Source: Oligoflexia bacterium (lineage in GTDB: Bacteria > Bdellovibrionota > UBA1018 > CAIMNF01). From it: DNA of 64,000 nt. Below, one piece after another: positions 47,690 through 57,577 of this stretch. Under the pieces are notes generated by a model that saw only the letters and a list, made by a program, of their open reading frames with translations, did no database searches and was not told the origin of the DNA. Positions within the stretch are counted from its first letter, which is position 1, and each line of letters begins with the position of its first letter. The position numbers and the translations under genes are program-made. Where the stretch lies: the NCBI GenBank assembly GCA_903845155.1, contig CAIMWN010000266.1, forward strand, positions 3,517 through 67,516, read 5' to 3'.

Positions 47690-48082
47690 TTAGATTTCAT
47701 ATAATTCGAGAGGCTGCCCGTTTGGATCATTAAAAAAAGTGAATCGTCTTCCGGTCAATTCATCGAGACGGATTGCTTCTGCCTCTATGCCGTTTGAGCG
47801 AAGGTGTTCAACTGCAGTTTCTATGTTTGTTACTTCAAACGAAAGGTGCCGAAGGCCCTTGGCTTCGGGGTAAGAGGCTCTTTCTTTGTATTCGGGAAAT
47901 GAAAAGAGTTCTATTTGAGTACCCCCGTTGACTTCGAGATCCAGTTTGTACGAGTTTCTATGGTCACGAAAGGTCTCACGGATGATTTTAAATCCTAAAA
48001 TACTGGAGTAAAAATTTTTACAGGAGTCGTAAAGGTCGTTGCTCGTCAGGATGGCTACGTGGTGAATGCGGGTAATATTCAT
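47690..48082 (-). CDS. VOC/glyoxalase family protein (YaeR/GloA2-like)
   Basis: IHHVAI, SYKLDL, IELFSFP, PEAKGLRHLSF, FTFFNDPNGQPLELYE. Confidence 0.92.
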   Translation of the reverse strand: MNITRIHHVAILTSNDLYDSCKNFYSSILGFKIIRETFRDHRNSYKLDLEVNGGTQIELFSFPEYKERASYPEAKGLRHLSFEVTNIETAVEHLRSNGIEAEAIRLDELTGRRFTFFNDPNGQPLELYEI

Positions 48083-48106
48083 TGGAATTGTGCTAGCGAT
48101 CTAGGT

Positions 48107-50074
48107 TTATTCTTCATCATTCGCCCGAAGCTTCTCCAGAACTGAAAAATCCTCAAGAGTTGAAGTGTCGCCACTCGTTTTTCCGGTGGTCACCATTTCA
48201 CGCAACAGGCGTCGCATGATTTTTCCTGAACGAGTTTTAGGGAGCGCATCGGTGAAGCGGATTTCATCGGGCTTGGCGATGGGGCCAATTTCTTTCGCTA
48301 CCCATTTTTTGAGGATCTCTTTCATTTCTTCAAAATCTTGAATGTTTTCTTTTGCGTGAGCTTTGAGGGTAACAAATGCAACAAGTGCGCTTCCCTTGAT
48401 TTCGTCAGGACGGGCAACCACCGCGGCTTCTGCAACGAGAGGGTTGGAAACGAGTGCGCTTTCTACTTCAGCAGTTCCGAGTCGATGACCACTAATGTTC
48501 ACGACATCGTCGACTCTTCCCATGATCCAAATATAGCCATCTTTATCTTTTCTAGCGCCATCGCCGGTAAAATAATATTTTTGTTTTTTGAACTCACCAA
48601 AATAGGTGTGCGCGTAGCGCTCGTGGTCTCCGAAAATAGTACGGAGCATGGAAGGCCACGGATGTTTCACGACGAGCAACCCACCCTCATTTGCTTTGCA
48701 GGGTTTTCCGTCTTTGTTTACGACATCTGCTAAAATTCCCGGTAGTGGCAAAGTTGCAGTTCCGGGTTTTAAAAATAATGCCCCTGGAATCGGCGCAATC
48801 ATGATGGAACCTGTTTCGGTTTGCCACCAGGTATCCACAATTGGGCAGCGCTTTTTACCGATAACATTGTAATACCACATCCACGCTTCTGGGTTGATGG
48901 GCTCACCTACGGAGCCCAGCAGGCGTAAAGAGGAAAGATCGTGTTTATTTGGAAACTCGTCACCCGAGCGCATAAAAGAACGAATGGCAGTTGGGGCGGT
49001 ATAGAAAATACTGATTCTATGTTTGGCGACCATAGACCAAAAGCGATCGGGGCCAGGATGAGTGGGAGCGCCTTCGTATAAGAAAACCGTGGAACCATTC
49101 ATGAGTGGACCGTAGGTAACGTAAGAATGCCCGGTTACCCAGCCGATGTCGGCGGTGCAAAAATAGATATCGTTTTCCTTTAAATCAAAAACTTCTTTCA
49201 TCGTATATTTCGTTTGAACGAGGTATCCACCGGTAGTGTGAAGAATTCCTTTTGGTTTTCCGGTCGATCCGCTCGTGTATAAAATGAAGAGAGGATGTTC
49301 GCTTTCAAGTGCTTCCGCTTTGCACTCATTTGATTGTTCATTCACGAGATCATGCCACCAGATATCCCGATTTGCTTGCATCGGAGTTTCCTGACCCGTT
49401 CTTTTTAGGACGACGACTGTCTTCAAAGTTTGAACGTGGTTGAGTACTTTGTTTACGGCACCCTTCAGTGATGAGGGTGAACCTCGGCGGAATGCGCCGT
49501 CTTGAGTAAGGAGTACTTTGGCACGAGAATCATTTAAGCGATCGCGAAGGGCTTCTCCTGAAAATCCACCAAATACGACATTATGAGTTGCGCCAATTCG
49601 CGCGCATGCAAGCATAGCGATCACGGCTTCCGGTACCATTCCTAAATAAATACCGACGACATCGCCTTTTTTAACGCCTAAGCTTTTCAATCCGTTAGCG
49701 AGTTTGTTTACTTCCAGGGCGAGCTGAAGATAAGTGAGTGTGCGGACATCGCCTGGTTCACCTTCCCAAATGAGGGCCGCCTTATTTCTGCGATTGGTGT
49801 TGAGATGAACATCAAGTGTATTTTCGGCTGCATTGATTTTTCCATCTGAAAACCATTTTACTACGGGGAATTTCCATTCGAGTGTTTTTTTGAAGGGTAT
49901 TTGCCAATGCAGATCTTTTGCCACTTGTGCCCAAAATAGAGTGGGGTTTTTATCGGCCTTATTTTTGATTTTTTTATAAGCCGCCACGCTCTTGATGTTT
50001 GCATTTTTGACAAACTCTTTGGATGGATGAAATTTACGATTTTCTTTTGATAGGGATGAAATGGAGTCGCTCAT
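48107..50074 (-). CDS. acs: Acetyl-CoA synthetase
   Basis: ILYTSGSTGKPKG, DTWWQTETG, SGHRLGTAEVESAL, PKTRSGKIMRR. Confidence 0.98.
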   Translation of the reverse strand: MSDSISSLSKENRKFHPSKEFVKNANIKSVAAYKKIKNKADKNPTLFWAQVAKDLHWQIPFKKTLEWKFPVVKWFSDGKINAAENTLDVHLNTNRRNKAALIWEGEPGDVRTLTYLQLALEVNKLANGLKSLGVKKGDVVGIYLGMVPEAVIAMLACARIGATHNVVFGGFSGEALRDRLNDSRAKVLLTQDGAFRRGSPSSLKGAVNKVLNHVQTLKTVVVLKRTGQETPMQANRDIWWHDLVNEQSNECKAEALESEHPLFILYTSGSTGKPKGILHTTGGYLVQTKYTMKEVFDLKENDIYFCTADIGWVTGHSYVTYGPLMNGSTVFLYEGAPTHPGPDRFWSMVAKHRISIFYTAPTAIRSFMRSGDEFPNKHDLSSLRLLGSVGEPINPEAWMWYYNVIGKKRCPIVDTWWQTETGSIMIAPIPGALFLKPGTATLPLPGILADVVNKDGKPCKANEGGLLVVKHPWPSMLRTIFGDHERYAHTYFGEFKKQKYYFTGDGARKDKDGYIWIMGRVDDVVNISGHRLGTAEVESALVSNPLVAEAAVVARPDEIKGSALVAFVTLKAHAKENIQDFEEMKEILKKWVAKEIGPIAKPDEIRFTDALPKTRSGKIMRRLLREMVTTGKTSGDTSTLEDFSVLEKLRANDEE

Positions 50075-50184
50075 AGTACATTAGGCTACTGCTGTGCATG
50101 AGGTGGGGCAAGAGGTAAATTGCAGTTAAACTTGCATAAAACAATCAACAAAACAGCTTTCTTCGTGATAATCTGATTCACGAT

Positions 50185-51363
50185 ATGAAAAAATTTAGAC
50201 TTCTTACGCCAGGCCCCACAGCAATTCCTGAAAAAGTGCTCGCAAAGTTTGCAGAGCCCATTGTGCATCATCGCACATCCCTTTTTGAGGCTCAGTTTAA
50301 GGAACTTCAATCCCAACTTCAGTGGTTATTTCAAACTAAAGAAATAGTACTTACATTAACATCAACCGGAACGGGTGCCATGGAAGCCGCGGTTGCCAAT
50401 TTGTTTTCTGGTATGAATGCCAGTACTCCCCATGCAGATGAAGTCATTACCGTGAACGCCGGAAAGTTTGGTGAACGCTGGACTAAAATTGCGAAGGCAT
50501 ACAATTTGAATACGCATGAAATTGTTGTAGAACGCGGTAAGGCCGTTACCATAGCTGCGATTGAAAAAGAATTGCGTGCGCATCCTCAAGTGAAAGCGGT
50601 TTTATTTCAAGCTTCAGAAACTTCAACGGGTGCGTTGATGCCGATCAAAGCCATCGCTGATCTCTGTAAAAAGCACCAGGTGCTCAGTGTTTGTGATGGC
50701 ATCACTGCTGTTGGTATTTTTGATGTGCCAATGGACGCGTGGGAGTTAGATGTTCTGATCACCGGAAGTCAAAAAGCACTCATGTTGCCTCCGGGGCTTG
50801 CGTTTATTGCGCTCAGTGCACGAGCATGGAAGGCGAATGAGTCGAGTAATCTGCCTAAATTTTATTTTGATTTAAAAAAGGAAAGGAAAGCACAAGAGAA
50901 AATGCAAACCGCATGGACTCCAGCCATTTCCTTGGTTCAGGGTGCCGTAGTTTCACTTAAAATGCTCCAGGATGAGGGGCATCAGAAATTGTTTGCGACC
51001 CATGAAATGTTGGCATTAGCGACCCGAAATGCTGCAACTGCGCTCGGGCTTGAGTTGTTTTCAGACGCGCCCTCTCCAGTACTCACTACGGTAAAGGTTC
51101 CTGCCAAATTTACGGTCGATGAAGGAAAGAAGATTGCTAAAATCATGCAGGAAAAATACGGCGTGATCATCACTGGTGGACAAGACGAACTGATGGGGAA
51201 AATATTAAGACTTTCTCATTTTGGTTATTGCGATATTTTTGATGTGGCGAATGGAATTTCCGCTTTGGAATTAGCATTGCTTGAATTAGCTTACCCCTTA
51301 GAATTAGGCAAAGGTGTTGCAGCGGTCATGAAGACATTCAAGGACTCTGGTCTAGCTCTCTGA
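50185..51363 (+). CDS. Class V PLP aminotransferase (alanine-glyoxylate/serine-pyruvate type)
   Basis: LLTPGPT, HHRT, GTGAMEAA, SETSTG, TGSQKALMLPPGL. Confidence 0.93.
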   Translation: MKKFRLLTPGPTAIPEKVLAKFAEPIVHHRTSLFEAQFKELQSQLQWLFQTKEIVLTLTSTGTGAMEAAVANLFSGMNASTPHADEVITVNAGKFGERWTKIAKAYNLNTHEIVVERGKAVTIAAIEKELRAHPQVKAVLFQASETSTGALMPIKAIADLCKKHQVLSVCDGITAVGIFDVPMDAWELDVLITGSQKALMLPPGLAFIALSARAWKANESSNLPKFYFDLKKERKAQEKMQTAWTPAISLVQGAVVSLKMLQDEGHQKLFATHEMLALATRNAATALGLELFSDAPSPVLTTVKVPAKFTVDEGKKIAKIMQEKYGVIITGGQDELMGKILRLSHFGYCDIFDVANGISALELALLELAYPLELGKGVAAVMKTFKDSGLAL

Positions 51364-51402
51364 TTGGTTTTACCGTCAGTATAGTAATGATCGGGGGATC
51401 GT

Positions 51403-52944
51403 GTGTTGAAATCCTTTTTTTTGATGCTTGCACTTGTTTCCATTTCTTACGCAGACTCGGGAGTTAAGGCATTTGCTCCTGCTGCTGCTTTCAAAATTAA
51501 TTTTTACGTTCAAAAGCTTTTTGAGACCGAAACGGTTGCGCCTGTATTTATTTTATTGAAACAAGAAGCGGATTTGAGTCGAGCTGCTCAATACCCATCC
51601 AAAACGGAAAAAGCCACTTACCTTTACGAAACTCTGGTCGCTCATGCGAATGCTACGCAAGGTAATATCGTGAGTATCCTGAAACAAAAAAATCTAAATT
51701 TCGTTCGCTATTTTATTTCCAATGCGATTTTAGTTCAAAAGGCAGATCGCGCAACGATCGAGCAAATCGCCCTTCTTCCTGAAGTGAAAAAAATTGTAGG
51801 GAATCCAAGCGTGCCCTTCTCTGTGCCGCTCAATTTGGGTGTGGAATCCAAGGTGAGTCTATTTAGTGAAATGGCCGCTCCTTCAGGCGCGGGTCCAAAT
51901 ATCGCTTCCACCGGTGCCGATAGGGCATGGTTGGAGTTCAATGTCCGCGGGCAGAGCATCGTGGTCGCCGGGCAAGATACGGGTGTGGAGTGGAATCATC
52001 CCGCCCTGAAAAACCAATACCGCGGGTGGAATGGCACTGCCGTAAACCACGATTATAATTGGCATGATGCTGTCCATTTTCAGATTAACCCTGAATTGAA
52101 ATCACCCTGCGGATACGAAAACCTAACACCTTGTGATGATGACCGACATGGCACTCACACTATGGGTACCATGGTAGGCTCGGACGGTGGCCCCAATCAA
52201 ATTGGAATGGCCCCCAAGGCTCGCTGGATCTCTTGCAAGAATATGGATAAAGGTTTCGGAAATCCAGCTACTTACCTCGAGTGCTTTCAGTTTTTTCTCG
52301 CACCCACCCCTATCAATGGAGATCCTTTTACGATGGGGAGACCGGACCTTGCACCCGATGTGATTAACAATTCATGGGGCTGCAATAAGGATGAGGGTTG
52401 TGATGGCGATGAAATGTTACCTGCTCTGAAAGTGATGAAAGCTGCCGGCATTATGGTAGTGGTTTCTGCGGGAAATGATGGGCCTGGTTGTGCAACCATT
52501 AAAGAACCGCCTGCAATGAATGTAGACTGGGTGCTCAGTGTAGGGGCTCATGATCAGCGCACCGGGAAAATTGCGAGTTTCTCAAGTCGAGGCCCGTCTG
52601 CCGGAAATGGAAAACCGGGACCAGATGTTACAGCACCAGGAGTGAAAATTCGCTCATCTGTGCCAGGCGGTAAGTATGAAGATGATGGGGCCAGTCCATG
52701 GAGTGGAACTTCAATGGCGGGGCCACATGTGGCCGGTCTGATTGCACTCATGTGGTCGGCTAACCCAAAACTCATTGGAAAAATCGATCAAACAATCGAT
52801 CTCATTCACAAAACTGCGCTAGGAACAGTGTCTTTACAGAGTTGTGGGGGATTGAAGGGGGATTCCCGACCAAATAATGTCTTTGGTTACGGTCGTATTC
52901 GCAGCTATGAAGCAGTTCAGGCTGCAATGAAGATGAATAGATAA
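51403..52944 (+). CDS. S8 subtilisin-family serine protease (bacillopeptidase F-like catalytic part)
   Basis: Signal peptide, propeptide, catalytic QDTG, HGTHTMGT, GTSMAGPHVAG. Confidence 0.95.
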   Translation: MLKSFFLMLALVSISYADSGVKAFAPAAAFKINFYVQKLFETETVAPVFILLKQEADLSRAAQYPSKTEKATYLYETLVAHANATQGNIVSILKQKNLNFVRYFISNAILVQKADRATIEQIALLPEVKKIVGNPSVPFSVPLNLGVESKVSLFSEMAAPSGAGPNIASTGADRAWLEFNVRGQSIVVAGQDTGVEWNHPALKNQYRGWNGTAVNHDYNWHDAVHFQINPELKSPCGYENLTPCDDDRHGTHTMGTMVGSDGGPNQIGMAPKARWISCKNMDKGFGNPATYLECFQFFLAPTPINGDPFTMGRPDLAPDVINNSWGCNKDEGCDGDEMLPALKVMKAAGIMVVVSAGNDGPGCATIKEPPAMNVDWVLSVGAHDQRTGKIASFSSRGPSAGNGKPGPDVTAPGVKIRSSVPGGKYEDDGASPWSGTSMAGPHVAGLIALMWSANPKLIGKIDQTIDLIHKTALGTVSLQSCGGLKGDSRPNNVFGYGRIRSYEAVQAAMKMNR

Positions 52945-53022
52945 TCTTTATAGAAATCAGTTGATAGAGAACTGAACTTCTGATAGGAATTAAATCTCTA
53001 TTTTTTTCAAAAATGAGTGAAC

Positions 53023-53098
53023 GAGCCCTTAGCTCAGTTGGTAGAGCATTTCACTTTTAATGAAAGGGTCGATGGTTCGAATCCATCAGGGCTCACCA
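53023..53098 (+). tRNA. tRNA-Lys (anticodon UUU)
   Basis: GAGCCCT acceptor pairing with AGGGCTC-ACCA, D-arm AGCTCAGTTGGTAGAGC, anticodon arm TTTCA-CTTTTAA-TGAAA, T-loop GGTTCGAATCC. Confidence 0.97.
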
Positions 53099-53112
53099 TT
53101 TTTGAAAAAAGT

Positions 53113-53781
53113 ATGATTCTTTTTAATCCCCAAAATATTCTGATCATTGGAGTGTTGGTCTTACTAGAAGGCCTGCTTTCCATTGATAATGCATTAGTTC
53201 TGGCGATTCTTGCCCGTGGAGTAGAGCCCAAGCTTCAGAATAAAGTTCTAACTTATGGTTTAATTGGAGCCGTATTTTTTAGATTGTTGGCTATTGGAGC
53301 AGCGAATGCGCTGATTCAATTTTACTGGATGAAGTTTATTGGCGGGGCCTATTTGCTTTGGCTCGCTTTAAAATATTTTGTCATTGATGGCGAACAGGAT
53401 CGAAACAAACCCATCACGATGCGTAGCTTTTGGATGACCGTCATCTTGGTCGAACTTACGGATATTGCCTTTGCAATGGATTCCATTTTGGCTGCCGTGG
53501 CGATGACTAATCAGTATTGGATCATAGTTACGGGTGCACTCATTGGTACTGTGATGATGCGATTTGCGGCAATTGCATGCATTCGCTTACTCGAAAAGTT
53601 CCCGAAACTCGAAGATACGGCCTATATACTCATTACCATTATAGGACTAAAGGTGATCATCGAAGGTTTTCGGATTAACGGTGTGGATTTCCAATCATCA
53701 CATAGTCCATGGTTTTGGGCTCAATGGCTGAGTATGGCTGCTTCCATTGGATACGGATTCAAAAAGAAAGCTGCAACCTAA
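53113..53781 (+). CDS. TerC family membrane protein
   Basis: LEGLLSIDNALVLA, K..GGAYLLWL, VELTDIAFAMDSILAAVA; start moved past the tRNA. Confidence 0.92.
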   Translation: MILFNPQNILIIGVLVLLEGLLSIDNALVLAILARGVEPKLQNKVLTYGLIGAVFFRLLAIGAANALIQFYWMKFIGGAYLLWLALKYFVIDGEQDRNKPITMRSFWMTVILVELTDIAFAMDSILAAVAMTNQYWIIVTGALIGTVMMRFAAIACIRLLEKFPKLEDTAYILITIIGLKVIIEGFRINGVDFQSSHSPWFWAQWLSMAASIGYGFKKKAAT

Positions 53782-53798
53782 AATCTAGCTATCGAATC

Positions 53799-55151
53799 TC
53801 ACTCGCTTTTGTAATCTTGGACTTCAATGTCTTTTTCATTCATTCCAAGGGTTTTTGCTATCTCTGCCTTTGAAATACTGGAAGTCGCTACCAGTCCGAT
53901 CATCATTCGTTCGGGAGTGAGAAAATCCTTGAGGGCTTGGTTCGCTTGATCGAGTGTGAGTTTCTGTATTCGACTGGCAAATTCACGATGGTAGCCATCT
54001 GGAAGATGGTAGATTTTTTCAATCAAGTTGTTTTCTAGGCGTTTCGAAGGAGTGTTGTAATTGAAGCCTGCGCTGTTGGTGAGACTTGTTTTTGCGGCAT
54101 CAAATTCTGCTTGAGTCAGGCCGCGATCTCTAAATTCCGTAACTAAGCGGAGAGCTTCTTTGATGGCTGCTGGAGTATCGCCATTTTTCGGGAAGAAACT
54201 AATCCTCCAGGTGTGGGGTTGATTGCCCAGCTTGAACCCGCTCCCAGCACCATAAGTCCAACCTCGTTTTACTCTGAGTTCAATCATGAGTCGCGATTGA
54301 AAAGAGCCACCACCAAATGCGTAGTTGGCAAGTTGAAGTGCGTCTAGCCGTGGATCATTAAATGCAACTCCTCTTTGTGCGATCATGACCTGCGTTTGGG
54401 TTCGCTCAGGTTTATCAAAGATCACCACACGTAACTTTTTAGGGTCATTCGTAAAATCAGGGATGCTATCAATATGAAAATGGTCTGCGCGTTTCACTGC
54501 GATGTCATTCATGAATGACTTAAAATCACTTTCGTTGGCATCTCCCGCTGTGAGAACCAACATTTGCGCATCATTGATAAGATTTGAATATTGTTTGCTC
54601 AAGTCGTTCACGGTGAGGGTTTGAATGTCTTTGACTCTGCCATTATTGTTTTTCGCAAAGGGGTGTCCTTTAAAGTAGGCTTGATCAAACCTAAGTCGAA
54701 TCAGGTCGCGATCCTGACCGAGTTCATCAAGTAGATTAGAAACATGCTCTTTCTTCAGCTTTTCAAGCTCTTGTGGTCTGAATGAAGGGCTGGTGATGAT
54801 CTCACTTAAAAGCGACAAAAATGGTTTTAGGTTTTCAGATAAAACCGTCGCCCGAAGAGCCACGAATTCTGCATGGGTTTCTACGCCTAAGTTTGCGCCC
54901 AGCTGATCGAGTGTAATATCAATTTGATTCTTGGTTTTAGATTTAGTCCCCCTCAACATGAGTTTGCCCATGATGTCAGTGACTCCGTTCTTATGATCAG
55001 GATCCTGTGCCGAACCACCTCTAAATGCAACGGTGATATACACTAAAGGAAGTGCCCGGTCTTGCTCAAAGAAAAGCTCAGCCGCCTTTGCAGTAACGGA
55101 TGAAAGTAAGAGAAGCGAAAAGGCAAGAGAGAGTCTGTTTTTCGATTTCAT
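53799..55151 (-). CDS. M16B peptidase, non-catalytic subunit
   Basis: M16 fold motifs, lacks HxxEH, has SRLMIELRVKRGWTY. Confidence 0.88.
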   Translation of the reverse strand: MKSKNRLSLAFSLLLLSSVTAKAAELFFEQDRALPLVYITVAFRGGSAQDPDHKNGVTDIMGKLMLRGTKSKTKNQIDITLDQLGANLGVETHAEFVALRATVLSENLKPFLSLLSEIITSPSFRPQELEKLKKEHVSNLLDELGQDRDLIRLRFDQAYFKGHPFAKNNNGRVKDIQTLTVNDLSKQYSNLINDAQMLVLTAGDANESDFKSFMNDIAVKRADHFHIDSIPDFTNDPKKLRVVIFDKPERTQTQVMIAQRGVAFNDPRLDALQLANYAFGGGSFQSRLMIELRVKRGWTYGAGSGFKLGNQPHTWRISFFPKNGDTPAAIKEALRLVTEFRDRGLTQAEFDAAKTSLTNSAGFNYNTPSKRLENNLIEKIYHLPDGYHREFASRIQKLTLDQANQALKDFLTPERMMIGLVATSSISKAEIAKTLGMNEKDIEVQDYKSE

Positions 55152-56572
55152 TATTTTTTATCCTTCGTTTGAGTTTGTTTTTTTGGAACTGCGGTGATGA
55201 CCGTAAGCTTAGTGGTGTCAAAATAAGTTTTAGCAGTTTCTTGTATCTGTTCGGCGGTGACGTTTTGAATTCTATTTTGAAATTGTATTCCCTGTTCAAA
55301 ATTTCCGAACATCACATCGTTATCGCCAATGAAATGAGCTTTACCATTTGAAGTAGCCATTCTTTCAAAAAATTTAAAGCGAATGATATTCTTAGCGCGC
55401 TTCATTTCATCGTCAGGAATGGGCGTATTTTTGAGCCGGTCGAGTTCACGTAAAATAATGGCCTCTGCGACTCCCGCCGTCTTTCCTTTTTGTAAGTCTG
55501 CGATCACAGAAAATAAGCCGGGATCTTTCATAGCGAATGAGCCGGAGCTCACCCCAGCGGCGATGCCTGATTCCACGAGTGCACGATCAAGGCGACTATT
55601 CATTCCATCAGTTAAAACTGCTTGAATCACTTCAAAGATGGCAGTTTCAGGAGAATCGTATTTTGGAGTCTTAAAGCCCATCCATAATTTTTCTACTTCG
55701 CTATTGATGTATTCCTTTTTTCTTCGCTGTGCAGTTTGTTCAGGCTCTGGCGTAATGACTCCGTCAGGAGTGTGTTTGGCAGCGATATGGCCATAGGCGC
55801 TCTCTACTTTCCTGAGTACTTTATCTTCATCAACATCACCTACGACCACAATCGTCGCACGGTCGGGAGAATAGTATCGCTCGTAAAAATCGCGGGCATC
55901 CTGTGAGGTCATCATGTTGAGATCTTGCTCATACCCAATCACCGGCCAATGATAGGGATGCGTTTTATAAGCGAGCTCAAATAAAGATTCATAAATGAGT
56001 CCCTCGGCAGAGTTCTCTCTTCTAAAGCGACGTTCATTTTGAACTACATCTCGTTCGGTCTTAAAAGACTCATCATTTACAATGAGATTCACCATTCGAT
56101 CGCTTTCGAGTCCAATAATGAGATCTAGATATTCCTTGGGAAGTTCCTGGACGTAATCCGTATGATCTGTGGATGTGGAAGCGTTCAGACCTTCTGCACC
56201 GGCTTGCTCAAGGAGCGCATCAAATTCCCCTTCTTTGTGGCTCCGGGTCCCCTTGAACATGAGATGCTCAAAAAAGTGAGCGAGGCCGGTCTTACCAAAA
56301 ATTTCATTTCGCGAGCCCACATTGAACCAGGTCTGATAGGCAAAAGTAGGCGACGAAGCATCGCGTACAATGATGAGTTTTAGCCCATTATCAAGGATTG
56401 CTCTCTTCGCATAAAAATTACCAACGAGGGGAATGACGTCAAAGCGTCCTTCTCGCACCACCTTTTCGTTTACGGTACTGGTTTCTTTTTTCTCGGGATG
56501 ATGGGCACACGATTGAAGCGAAAGCACTCCGAAGAAAAGTGCGATCAGGGGTGAGAAGATTTTATTTTGCAT
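55151..56572 (-). CDS. M16B peptidase, catalytic subunit (lipoprotein)
   Basis: Lipobox LQSC; GLAHFFEHLMFKG, NASTS.D.T.Y, E..VV.NERR. Confidence 0.93.
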   Translation of the reverse strand: MQNKIFSPLIALFFGVLSLQSCAHHPEKKETSTVNEKVVREGRFDVIPLVGNFYAKRAILDNGLKLIIVRDASSPTFAYQTWFNVGSRNEIFGKTGLAHFFEHLMFKGTRSHKEGEFDALLEQAGAEGLNASTSTDHTDYVQELPKEYLDLIIGLESDRMVNLIVNDESFKTERDVVQNERRFRRENSAEGLIYESLFELAYKTHPYHWPVIGYEQDLNMMTSQDARDFYERYYSPDRATIVVVGDVDEDKVLRKVESAYGHIAAKHTPDGVITPEPEQTAQRRKKEYINSEVEKLWMGFKTPKYDSPETAIFEVIQAVLTDGMNSRLDRALVESGIAAGVSSGSFAMKDPGLFSVIADLQKGKTAGVAEAIILRELDRLKNTPIPDDEMKRAKNIIRFKFFERMATSNGKAHFIGDNDVMFGNFEQGIQFQNRIQNVTAEQIQETAKTYFDTTKLTVITAVPKKQTQTKDKK

Positions 56573-56617
56573 ATATTGATTATGTATGAATAAAACAAAA
56601 ATGTCAGTGTTGGAGTG

Positions 56618-56646
56618 TTGACTGTAAGCGCAGTACGACCTACTCT
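56618..56646 (+). promoter_or_regulatory. sigma70-type promoter for ftsQ
   Basis: TTGACT-N17-TACTCT, 11 nt before the ATG. Confidence 0.5.
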
Positions 56647-56657
56647 AAAATCTACTC

Positions 56658-57452
56658 ATGAGGATCAGAAATCAACATCAAGCTCCAGCGAAAGCTCCAC
56701 AGAAAAACGCGTTGCATTTTGTGGCGGCATTTCTCGTTTTGGCTGCTTTTGTTTTTGGTGTCGTGCAAGCAGTGCACTCTTCTCTGTTCAATTTAAACGA
56801 TATTGTGGTTCAGCCTCTTTCGGAAGCGTATCCGATTACTGAAGCGCAGATACTTGCATTGGCGAGAGTGCCGATGACTCGAGTAAATCTCTTTGATTTG
56901 AATTTAGAACCCATCACTGCGCGTTTAATCAAACATCCCTGGATCAAGGGTGTGGTTTTAGGTAAGCAGTTTCCCCACTCACTTTCAATTAAGGTGATCG
57001 AAAGGGTTCCAGTCGCCCTATTGACGGAAGAAAAGGGTAAAGTTCTCTACTTAGAAGGCGATGGAGCTTCTTTTGAAGATCAAGCGATGACGTATGTGAA
57101 GGATTTGCCTATTATTGAAGGATTTATGGCAAATGATATCGTTCATCTCAAACAAGTGAATGCGTTTATAGCCGCATGGTTTGATGCCGGCAAAATTCCA
57201 GGTTTAAGGCTTTCGAGTGTCAGCTACAACGACAAACTAGGTTTACGGGCAGTGGTGTTATATCCCATGAAAAACAATCAGCAGATGAGAAGTGTTTTGG
57301 AGCTTGGCCTTAATATAGAGGAGGCGACCCAAATTCCACAGGGCCGGCTTCACCAGGTTTTGAAGTATTTGGCAGAGCGTTCAATGCAAGCGTCAAAGAT
57401 TTGGCTAGGAGATGGTAAGAAAATCGTTGTCAAAATTTCGAGAGGTTCATAA
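56658..57452 (+). CDS. ftsQ: Cell division protein FtsQ/DivIB
   Basis: TM then POTRA (NLF.L.L..I..RL..HPWIK...K.FP..L.IKVIER.PVA); directly upstream of ftsA-ftsZ. Confidence 0.88.
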   Translation: MRIRNQHQAPAKAPQKNALHFVAAFLVLAAFVFGVVQAVHSSLFNLNDIVVQPLSEAYPITEAQILALARVPMTRVNLFDLNLEPITARLIKHPWIKGVVLGKQFPHSLSIKVIERVPVALLTEEKGKVLYLEGDGASFEDQAMTYVKDLPIIEGFMANDIVHLKQVNAFIAAWFDAGKIPGLRLSSVSYNDKLGLRAVVLYPMKNNQQMRSVLELGLNIEEATQIPQGRLHQVLKYLAERSMQASKIWLGDGKKIVVKISRGS

Positions 57453-57577
57453 GATTCTCTAAGAACGGTTGCGTCAGGTGGTTTTTTGTCGCAATTGATC
57501 AGAATTTGATGCTAAACTTTCAAGTGAAGCCAAGCCGCGGAGCTTGAGGGGGCTAGCCCATAGGAGGGGCGTTGCGT

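Noticed and set aside
53017..53112. N-terminal extension of the TerC ORF in the ORF track
   Set aside because: It is a translation of the tRNA-Lys gene.
53023..53800. tRNA as an integration site for an island or prophage
   Set aside because: No integrase nearby and no duplicated tRNA 3' end was seen in the window.
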